Shown in pieces: positions 40,901 through 52,900 of a DNA stretch of 64,000 nucleotides. A program made the position numbers and the translations under genes. The stretch lies in contig NC_043000.1 of NCBI RefSeq assembly GCF_006345805.1, positions 128,092,001-128,156,000 of the forward strand, written 5' to 3'. The notes beneath the pieces were generated by a model. The model worked only from the letters and a program-made list of their open reading frames with translations, ran no database searches and was not told the origin of the DNA. Numbering within the stretch: the first letter of the stretch is position 1; the number at the start of each line of letters is the position of its first letter. The stretch comes from Octopus sinensis (Eukaryota).

Positions 40901-43900
40901 CAGTTGGTATGTGAGTGAGTGCTAGGAGGTTTCTAAAAATGCTATGGTGACTGTCATGGGAGTGGTGGAGGCAGTAATTCCATTTCTTCACTCCTGCAAA
41001 TGTTGTGTGCTCAAGTGGTTGTTGGTCTGAAAGTGACATTCTGATAAAAATCCTTAAGTGGAAATATCCTTTAATTTCTTTTGTTTGCTATTTTGTTCCA
41101 TTTTCTAAATTAGCTTTGAAGTAAAAATTTTTATATTTTAATGTTTTACAACCATTTTAACTAGTTTACCACATATATTTTTAGTTGGCTGTAATTGTGA
41201 AACCTTCTTGTGCACCTGGCTTAACCCTGGATGATAGAACACTGGATAAACTAAAGGTAATAGTCATTTCTTAAAAGTTCATTAGATAAATTTCACACTT
41301 GTTTTGTGATTTTCTGCATTTCCAAAGTGAATATAGCATATTTGTATATCTGCATACCAGATAACACTTATGCACTTTTATAATAACACCTCAAGTAATT
41401 TAATAAATACAACAGTGAAAATTTTAAAGCTCTACAAAAATGACAATTTGTGTTTAGCACACCAATATAACAGACTTCTTTCAAACTGAAAGTATTATTT
41501 CACATTACAATAGAGGCAGAATAGTGAAATAGTGTAAGAGATAAGAGACTGCTCTGGGCTCGCATTAGGCAAGAAGTTGGAAATATTTTTTGGTCCATGA
41601 CACTTGATGGACCTTGGCTTTTGTATATGATGACTGTTGCTTTAAGTATTTTATTTCAATTTTCACTGATGTAGTGGTAAAAACAACAGGATATGTAACA
41701 GTAATTTCAAATAAAAATAAAAATGGAAGTTTTAATCATCCGATGGACAGGCAAACATTACAAAAATGCAATTCTCACTTTGAAACTGACAATTTTGAAA
41801 ATCATTTTAGATTACGGAACACCCTGCTCTCTCATGTATCCATGTTTAAAATTTCAGCATGATTGGATGAACAATACTCGAGTTATAAATGCACAAACAG
41901 ACAGACAAAACGAGATTTATATATTAGATTAAAGATATTATTTTCATTGTATAGCCTGCTACTTTAAAAGGAGATGCAAGTGCTACAAAGGCATTCATCG
42001 TTAGTATCCTCAAGGTTCTATTCACTATTTACAAAATAGTAGTCGATGCTTGAGAAGGCATACAAGTGTTTAAAAGGCAAAAAAAAAAATCCCCAATAAA
42101 ATTTATCTGATGGATAAATAATGGTGGGTCTTATTAAACAGATAAAATTGATAATGATACACAATAAATTTTTTCTACTTTTAGCTTTGCCTGAGTGAAC
42201 GCTATGATTCCTCTATCAAGATGCTTCGACTAAATAGCTTGTATCAAGATGAAAGTAAGTACCTTGTATAATCTTTTAACACTTGTTTCGTTGAATGAAA
42301 TAAAAAACATTTTAATGGATGAATAATTAGTAAGAAATTTAACAGCAAGAATTTTTATTCTTACACATTCTGCAGTTTAATTTCTTTTAATTTTATTCTG
42401 TGTTTATATGTAATGGAAACTTGCATGCTCATGCATCAGGAATGAGAAAAATTTATTATTGACCATTATCATATGCTTCAGGCATGTGCTTAAGCCATTC
42501 AATTCTATTTCTTGAAAAGAATATATGATGTACTTTTTAAATAGAAGTCATCTTTTGTATTGGGTGAACACCTTGTGTCTGCAATATTGGAATTATAGAT
42601 AACATATATCTCCTGTCTTGATACAATCATTATCACCATCATCATCCATTTTCCATACTAGCATGGGTTTGATGGTTTGACAAGATCTAGCAAGCTGCAG
42701 GGTTTCTTTGAACTCTAGCATTGGCATGGTTGCTATGGCTGGATGCATCACTATCACTAGTGAAGTTTACCAAGTGTGAAAGATAGAAAAGGACACCCCA
42801 CCTTCATGGGGTAGTATTTGAGATGGGGAGAGGTCTTTATGCAATGTGAAAGACAAGCACAGGTATCTTGTAATAGTGGAGATATGTGGCTACCCCACAT
42901 ATACAGGGTTGGTGGGAATAGCTGGGAAGGAGGTGATGGGATGCCAGAGCAAACTCTTAAGGTGATGAGGTTTTGGTAATTGATTTACGATTTCTTGTAA
43001 CAAAATTGAGGATATTTTCATGGAGTAGTTGATTAGTTTATTTCATTAGAGATTTTGGTTTTAGTGTTGAAAAACAAAAAATTGTGTTGAAGTCATCTGT
43101 AATAAAAATAGAAAATTCTTTCACTCACTGAAGAAAGTGAGTATTAAGTGACCAATTGTTTTGTGATAATAGTAAAACAAAAAGTACTTTTAGTAACTCC
43201 TTAAGTTTATGTACAAGGATTAAACATTGTTATTTTCATGGATTATCTTTTTTTCTTTTTATCTTATTAATCTCAACTTTCTTTCCTTTTCCAATATATT
43301 AGTGTTGAAAGGTACTGATTCGTTCATGGCTTTGAATCGACCACAAGTGATGACTAACGTTGTTACAATAATCAAAGAAAACATACCAGAGGTAAGAACT
43401 TATTTTATTTTCATTCCTCCATGTCTATTTAAAGCTGCTAGCTCTCCTGAAGTTTCTATCTACAACAAAATCTCAGAATCCTTAATTTCTTTTTTATTTG
43501 CTACATTTTCAACTTCAGATTTAAAGTGTCATTAACCCTCAGAACCCCAGCAGCCACTATTCCGGCTGCTAGTTGCAGATGTAAATACTCCAGCGGCCAC
43601 TTTACTGGGTAATGTTTACAAATACCCCAGCAGTCACTATTCTGGCCGCTAGCTATAGATACAAATACAAATTCCAGCCACTAGCCACAGATACAAATAC
43701 CCCAGTGGCCGCTTAACCGGCCAGTATTTTCAGCATTGGAAAACTAGACAGTAACTGCTGGTTTGATTGGCACCACAGGCACCAGTATTGGTGATAAAAA
43801 GAAAAAAAAGTGGTATGGATAATGTTGCCCTCAGTTTGGCATTTTATTTCAATATGAGAAACAGAAAACACATTTTAGTGACGCTAATGATGATGATGAA

Positions 43901-46900
43901 ACAATATTAGGTGAGGAATCATTTTTTTGGCTCTTTTACCCAAGGAAGCTGGGGTGAGGATGCTGAGAACAACAGGTATCTGGGGTTCAAAGGGTTAATG
44001 TGAGGATTTTCAAGGAACATTATTTACAATGAAATCTGTATTAGTTCATGTGTCATTTGTGAATATTGTGGTGCTATCTCATAATTATTGGTTGGGAAAA
44101 AGTTGAAGAGATTATTTTTTATAGCTTACTATGGTAGGAATATTTCATGTGCTTGTTTGTAGCTGCCCTGACCCAGGCTGGGCAGCATAATTGACCTCCA
44201 CATCTGAACTGATGTAAAATCCTTTTACTTAAAAAAAAAAAAAAGTGGTGTAGATGTTTGGTTACACTGATATGAAGAAATGTTTTCAGACTTTTACTTG
44301 CATGAAAATGGGCATGTGTGAATATCAGTTACTTGATTGAACAGATTAGTTTAGTAAATGGATATGTCATTTGTAAGGTCAGTATGTTATTGTAATGTAT
44401 TGGTTTTTAACAAGCATTTGTTTTGCATAGTTGTGGTTTGTTGTTGCAGTTCCTTAGCAATGATATCTGTGGTGGTTAATAGAGAGCCATATGAATAGTT
44501 TGACTTCCATAACCTTGACATACTCACTCATTTATGTATGATACTAGCATGGGTTAACCGGTTTGTTAGGTAGCAAGCCAGAGGATTGTGCAAAGCTCCA
44601 ATGTCAGCTTTGGCATGATTTGTACAGCTGGATGCCATTCCTAGTGCCAACCACTTTACATGTGTTTTTCCATGGCACCTGTAAAGTAGTTAGTGTTAGG
44701 AAAGGTATCCAGCTGTAGAAACTGCACCAAAGCTGACATGGAGCATTATGCAGCCCCGTGACTTACCAGATTCTTGTCTAATTGTCCAACTCATGCTGGT
44801 ATTGGAAAGTAGACATTAAATGATGATAATGATGGCCTGCATCCCAGAGGTTACCAAGTAGCTCAAAAGACGTGACTCCCTCATCTGAAGTGGGAAGTCG
44901 TAGTGCAGGAACTGGTTTTGTGCCAGTTGATGGTGGCAGGACAGAAATGGGTATCTTGCAGTAAAGGAGATACCTGGTTACCTCATTTGGAAAAGAGGGA
45001 GAGGGAGTGGTGGTGGTGAAGATGTGTCGATGCAGAGGATTAGACAGAGTGAATGGGTAGGTAAGTTTGTGAGTGTTAAAGGAGAGTGGCAGATAGAGGT
45101 GAATACAAGGGCTTCATTTTGAACTGTTTGAAAAAGTTTTTCGTTTTCTCTACAAATATAACTGGTTTCCTCAAACAGTTTTACTTTGATTGTTAGTTTT
45201 TTTTTAAAAGTCTTGTTTACTGAAATTAAACTTGCGTGTGTATATATGTAATAAATATTTACTTATTTACATTATTTGTATATTTGCAGTTGGTATCTCT
45301 TGATATTAGTTGTAACAAATTGGTGACTTTGGAATATTTATCTCCACTAGTTTCCTACACTCCTCATTTGAAAAACTTGAATCTTGGTAAAAATACGGTA
45401 GGTTACCCTAAAATTTTGTTGCTTAATGAAATGCATTGTAATTAAAAAAAAAAATCTGTGAAAGCTGGATTAGCAGAATTGTGTTGGCAAAATGCTTTGT
45501 ATTTGTTTTAGCATTTTATGACTTCCACAAACATATTCTACTGTATCTTTAAGTTGAGCAAAGCATTGCATATGTTAGTTAGTTAGTTAATTTTTTGGTT
45601 CAAAAAGCAAAAAGCAAGGCCATGTAGGGGGACATGGAGTTATGTACAGGGTGGTGTTCATGTAAAGAGTTCAGGCCACTTGAGGTCAAGGGAGACTTTG
45701 AACCGAGCGGTTGTTGGCATCTTCACCATCTCGTCTGGCAGCTTATTCCACGGATCCGCAACCCGGACGGAGAAAGCCCCTCTCCTTTGATTGAGATGAA
45801 ATCGTTGCAGATAGAGCTTTACGGAATGACCCCGCAGCCAACGCACTGGAGCAGGAGTGAAGAACAGCTCTTTCGAGAGGTTAAACAGAAATTATGTGGA
45901 AGCTTATTTAGAACTGTTGCCATTGTAGTGTGGTAGACTTAATCTGCCATTTTGTGTAACAACACCACCACTACCACCACCATTTGGTGCTCTTTGGATG
46001 ACTTTAGCATAATCCGCACTATTGAAGCATTCAGGTCAGTTGTCCATTCTAGAAAGGCAAAGATCAGTTTTGTCTTTCATGCTTCAGGAGTTGTAAAGTC
46101 CCAATTAAGCTCTAGGGTCAATGCTATCGACTAACGAATGCCTTCTCTCCACTGTTGCTAACATTGTCTAAATTAGAAATGATTATTTCATTTTTATCAA
46201 AAACTGTTGCGGTATGATTTATGTTTAAAATAAAAATTATAACAGTTAAACTTTGATTTGTTTCAACATTTAATTTGCTGATTTCTTACAAACATTTCTT
46301 ACATCAGGATGATTTTGTTTACTTTTTGATGAATTCTTTTTCTTGTTAATTGTTCAACCGTGTTATATTAAGTTAATGAATGTGATAGCTTTTACTGCCA
46401 TAGAAGCTACTTTACTCTTTAACTCTTTATTATCACTTATCTTGTCTTTTTTAACTTATTGTCTTAGCTAAAGTCTATTGAAGAATTAGAGAAGATTAAA
46501 GACTGGAAACTCGATGAATTGATCCTCGAAGGCAATGAATTGTGTAATAGATTTAAAGACCATTCAGTTTATGTCAGGTAATGTAAAGGATGAGTTGTCT
46601 TTTGTATCACCAGTTTTTCCAGCTGTGTTTGCTTTTCTCATGCTGCACACAGAAAAAGGGTTTAAAATCAGAGCTGTTTAAACTTATCTCTTGACCAGTA
46701 ATTTTTTTCGGTATGAAGGTAGGAGTAATGGATAAATAATTTGCCAGATTTTTTTTTTTTTTGGTAAATTTATTTTTTTAAAGATTTCATGGTTCCTTGA
46801 AGTGTAGTTACATTTACATCCTATAATTTATATTTTCTTTATTAAATAATCTATTTTAATAGTAAACAGTAATTTCCATCATTAATTATATATTTAAAGT

Positions 46901-49900
46901 ATTGGAATCTATTTTAAGTTGATCAGTTTCTCTTGTGTTTAGTAAACCTGAGCATACATAGTTGAAGACTTGTTTTTAAAACAATTTTAAGTTATGTGAG
47001 TCCCAAAGAGGACCACTGAAGATTTTAGTGTTGTGTAGTGTGGGACAGGGTGCACATCCAACCCCTTCTCTCTACTAGCAGAAAGAGTTGACATAAGCAC
47101 TGTAAATGACAAATTACAAACTGTAGTTTTTAGTGTCAAGTGGTTGTCTGCCTATTTACAGAACCAGACCATTTGACTCTAAACATGGCACAGTACTGAG
47201 TCAGGATACAGAATATTCAGCTACTTGCCTGGAACTTTATTGATCTGGATCTTCATGCTGTCTTATTTAAAACCCATGTTTGACAGTATACATACCATGA
47301 AATACTTGAATTGCCCTCCTTTCCCACAGTTACTTGCAATAACCTCTTTAACTGGGTTATGTTTAATTAAACTTGAAATATTAATGCAATAGAATAAAAA
47401 CTACTTTATTGAGCATATGAATATTTTCAAATTCAATTGAAAAAGGAATCAAAATGAAATGGTTGAAATTCACCATATGAATGCTACATCACATTTATGT
47501 AGATTACATAGATTTTTCTTTCCTACTGTGTATACTTAATTCTATCTCAGTGCAGATGCCCTTGGTGCACAATCCTAGTGTGTGTTTGAGTGTGAATAGA
47601 AGTAAACATACCTTATAAATGTTGTTGAACAACATGAAAGTATTTTTTGGGGAACTCTGCTGAAACTGTCCCTCTAGGCTACACACAGATACCAGTGTAA
47701 AATGTTTGAGGCTTCAGGTGACATGGGTCAGCTAGAAATAAATTCTGCCACAAATATAATATCTCCTTTGTTCAGTGCTCATGCAATTACACATCCACTC
47801 CCATATGTGTAAGGCTTTGGCTTGAAATATCTTTTGTACGAACGTTTCTTTTCATTTAATGTATTTAATTATTTTCACCTTTTCTTTTTAGATATTTTTT
47901 CTAAGGATTACCACCAAGTTACATCTGAATTTTTTTCAAGCAGTATTTGAAGTGTAAAGCATACAAAATTGGGAACTTAACTATTATTTTTGCTTTGTTA
48001 AAGAACATTTAAAATAGAGAAGTATAAAAATACAGTGGGATTGCTACTCATATATATTATTAATGCAGTCTGTTAGTGATAACTACAGCTTGTAGATGAA
48101 AAAAAATGACACTTCAGTATTCTTGTAAATGTTACTGACGTCACTAAACAGACATGCATACCTATATGTACACTTAATGCTTACACACATAAGTACATTC
48201 ATGCATACACATACTCAAACATATAATATACTTGTACACCATGTTATTAAAAGAAACTGACAATGCATATTAAATATCAACTTCTTACAACAGGCAGGAT
48301 CAGGGTCATAGTCTTTCTGTTCTGGGTCTGGGGTTCACATGGAAAGTATTTATGAAACAAAATTGCTATATATTAAGCTTGTTGCTACAGGAATGCCCCA
48401 TTTTTAAAATAGTGATTAGTACTTGTGTGTTTATATATATATATGCACACATGCACAGCAATTGTTATAGATGTACGTGGGTCTGCATATATCAATAGTT
48501 ATGTCTATTTGTGTTAGATTAAGCATTAGCAAGTAATCACATAGAAAATCTACAATTATTAATTAATTTTAAAAAGATTTTTTTTTTACCTTTAATATAT
48601 ATACATACATACATACGTGTGTGTGTGTTTATAATTTTGTGATTCTTATGTTTTGTTTTTTTTTATGTCATTTATTTTCTTCAAACTCGACATGATTAAA
48701 ATTGCTAAATGTTTTTGCATAGATTTTTGCCAGTATTTAAAAAAATTTCATTTGAATGAATGGATGATTTTTTTTCCAATAATCAATTTCTAAGAAGTGA
48801 TTTGAAATTCCTGTTTTACAGTGGCCATCTCTATACACAAAAGAAAATTCCAATTTTCTGTTGAGTTTTATGAGTCAACTAATGACTGAATGTGATAAGA
48901 ATTTCTTTAAATGCAAGCTTTTTCAATTAAAACAAATACATCTCTCTCTCTCTCACACATTCTCTTTTAGACTTCTTTAGTAGTTTAATGTGAAAATAAT
49001 AGTTTTCATTGCTAGAGGTTGATGGAGAGGCCGAAACTATGAGTACTAAATTTAAAGCTTTCCAGTATTTAATCCCTCTACATTCTGAGCTTAAACATTA
49101 TCAGAGTTAATTTTGCTGTTTTTATTGAAGCAATTCTAGTTATATACTAGGATTGATTCAATTATTCAGACAAATCCTCTATGGTTAGTTTTCTTGCTAC
49201 CAATGTTAAGAAATTTTTATTTTATATATGTATTTTGATTTTGTTTAAAAAATTTCTTTTTCTCCACAAAGTTTTTATAATGAGGTACAAATACGAGTGG
49301 AAAGACATACTTCTTGGAGTTGAATGATTATTACAATTAAGCTCTATATCACTCTCAGCTGTTGATGGTTGAGTGATTGGCAGTTATAAGAAAATCAGCT
49401 AGTGGTAAAAAACTTGCTTACACAATTTACCAAAAGAAAAAAAAAAAAAATGAATCGAATCATAATAATGTTGAGTGATTGGAAAGACAACAATTGGTAA
49501 AATTTGCTTCTTCAGTATGTCAAAAGAAAAATTTTATCTTAATAAAGATAAAAAGAATAACATTTTACAAAATGTTCTTTCAGTATTTTTATCCAAAGCT
49601 TTTTTTATGGAAACCAGAAGTAATCTTTTATCCTTAGCTGATTTCTGTTTAGCAGCGAAATTTAACTTTGGATAAAAGCATTAAATAAATACAGTGGATT
49701 GGTTGATACTTTAAAATATATATATATATATATATATTTAAAAAATTTATCTTTCTAGATCAAAAGCTAAGCATTATTCAGCTTGGTTGTTATGAAAATG
49801 TTACTGTTTAAAAAGCTTTCATTCTTATTTGAATTGGAATGGCATATAGGATTGTTTATGCCAGTTTTGGATAAACTCATTATAAAATAAATAGGGAAGG

Positions 49901-52900
49901 GGATAAAACTAAAACACTATTCTTATGTAAAGAGTGCAAGGAATTATTGCACATTTTAATTTCATATAAAAAGTTATAAATCTCCTTATATCAAACTGAA
50001 TTCAAAATGATAAGTAAAATGAAATTCATTTAGTTAAGCTTATTGTTATTTTTTTTTTTTTACTCCAAATCTTTTATTTTGATCTTGGGCTGAAACTTCC
50101 TAAAAGTAAATTGAATTGAAACTTTATAAGAATGTCTTAAAATAATTCCTGACAATTAAAAATTAAGCTGTTTCTTTTAATTTTTCAAATGATGATATAT
50201 TAATTTTTTTCTATTAATGAAAATCGTCAGTTATATTTTGGTATTACATTTAATATTTTATATTCAAAACACCCAAAGTGTTTATTGTTAGTACAGAAAT
50301 AATCTTATGTTAATGGAATGATGCTACAAACCATCATAATGCTTTAACCCTTTAGCATTCAGATTATTCTTTTAATTCTTATTTATTCGCATTGTTTTGA
50401 ATTAATCATTCAAAATCTTGTAGCTTCAAGATTTTTATAAGTTTATTTTTAAAATGACATTGCATGGTATGTATGAGAGGCCAGATCTGGTCTATAAATA
50501 TAGAACAAGTAGAATATTTTGGCCGAATGTAGCCAGTTTAAATGCTAAAAGGTTAAACATAATCCATATAATTCAGACTGATTTTTTTTTTTTTTTCCTA
50601 AATTACTATAAACTTGTAAAATTTTTATTCTTCACAAATTAATATCTCCTCTCTATCCACCTCTTTTGGCAAACATAGTCTGGTAGAATAGCTTTTATAA
50701 GTGTTCTTCCAGATTGTGTTTGCAAGTTAGCACTGCTTTACTGTTATGTACTTAAACAAAAAGCGTTTTAAGATTGTTGTTTGTAATCTACTGCTAGCAT
50801 TTTTTTAATGGCACAGAAGCTTTTTTTTTTTAAGCTGGCAAAAACCAATTCCTTAATTTTTTTTATTTCATATAGTTTTATTTTCTTTTTGTATTGATTT
50901 GTTTGCCAAACTTAAAATCTTTTCAATGATCACAAAAATGGACTTCAGTAAGGAAATACATGGGGGGGGAAAAAAATTAAAAGAAAGAAATATTTTAAAA
51001 GAAAACAAAACAAAAAAAAACTGAAAAATATAAATAAAAAAAACCCAAAAGGTGCTAAAAAAGAAAAAAAAACAAAATGCTAAAGAAGAAAATGGAAAAT
51101 ATTTAAAAAATGCTGACGTGAAAAAGAAAAATATAATGTAAAAACTCTGTTCCTGTTATTTTCTATTTATATTTGTGATCAGAAAAGTTCTTGCTTTCTT
51201 TATAAGCTCATTTTAATCTACTTTGAATTTAGATGGTATTAATGATTGGTATCATACAATACCAATTTACTGAAATTCCATGGAAAAATTAGAGCATTTT
51301 TATGAAATTTGTATTTGCCAGAAATAGAAGTTTATTTCAATTTTTTTTTTTTTAATTGATGATTTTTAAATATTTTTTGCAACCATTGTATCTTTTTATT
51401 TTTAACTTCATTACCATGATTTTGTTTGAAAAGGAGCCATTTCCAAGTCAGCGGGATTAATTATATTACAGGAAGAACAACTAAACTTCAGATTTAATCA
51501 AGAACTGAATAAAATGGAAGTTTTATGATTTTGGAACTTTTACTTTGAATTTGCAAAAAGAAAGGGGGGGGGGAGAAAAAAAAAAGACTCAAAACTCTTA
51601 TACAATATTTCAATTATCCTCAAAAACTATCTGCTCTGTATTTTGGAAAAAAAAAAGAAAATATTACTACTTTGGTTTTTTTGGATTTGACATCATCAGT
51701 GTGGAAAGATGGAAATTTCTTGCTGCAGTGTTATTTAAAGACATTTATAATATATGTATATTATATATATATATACACACATATATATTAATTATATGTA
51801 TATACATAAAGCAATATCTGAAAGGAAGATCTTGGTATAGCAGAACTGAAGAGAAAGAATTGTTCAGAGAATCAAAGTTTTCAACTCAGAATATCTATGA
51901 ATCGACAAAACTCCCAATTTTCACTACTGGAAGATATTGATGATATTATACAGAATCAGGAGAGAAAGCTGTGAAGCTGTTGGTTGCACTTGGTCTTTTC
52001 ACTTTTCACTATCAAGCTTTCAGTTACTGTACTGTCACCGATGACGGGTCAGCTTTTCCAGAAGAGAAAACGACCTATACCAGGGACAGAAACTTGTAAC
52101 TGAGCTAGAGAGGGACCCAGCTTTTCACTCCTTTCCAACATATTTTTTTTCTCCATTAAATTGGTGGAAATGAAAAAGGAACTTTGAAAAAGAAACTTCT
52201 AAAAATAACACTGGAATCAAGCAGACGAAGATTTTTTATTTATTTATCCTTGATTTTATCTTTAAGTGAAGTGAAAATGTATTTATATTTATTTAAATTT
52301 TTTTAAAACCATTTCTATTTCATAATTTTTCTTTCATATGTGTGTTTGTGTATGGGTGTGTGTATGTGGGTGTTGTTTGTAAATAATTATATTATTTGCT
52401 TCTGTGCCAATTTTGAATTTTTTTTTCCTCTTCATTTCTTTGTAATAACAGAGTAGGAAAATTTTTCTATTCTGTAATAAATCATACCTATTCTTAGATT
52501 TGCATTAGATATCTGTTCTAATTGACTGAGCACAATGTATTCAAATTTGTCCCAGCCTCTGGATTTAGTTTTAAATGTTAAAAAGAATTCTCCTTCAATC
52601 ACTTCCTTGATATTGATTATATTTGTTGCAAATCTCGGAAATTAATTATATCACACATTTACTCCACACCAATTTTAATCATGTTTCTTGAGTTTTTATT
52701 TTTCTTTATTCTTTTTAACATGATGATGATTTTCATTGAAACCTTTCAAATGTTTTATCAATTTACTTTTACCTTCAGAACTGTAAGAAAGAAATTCCCA
52801 AAAGTTTTAAAATTGGTAAGCTTTTAGAATTTATCTTAATTTTAAGTGAAAGAGCTCTTTTGATATGTATGAATCAAGACAATTTTACGTATGTATCTAC

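Larger units (their letters stand above)
46578..52778 (+). other. NXF1 cassette intron (6201 nt), candidate retained intron
   Basis: Lies between the 110-nt and 37-nt exons; read-through gives AG|G TAA, an immediate stop. Confidence 0.8.

Noticed and set aside
51545-51940. 131-aa ORF in the cassette intron
   Set aside because: Non-ATG start, built from homopolymer and TA runs, no splice or homology support
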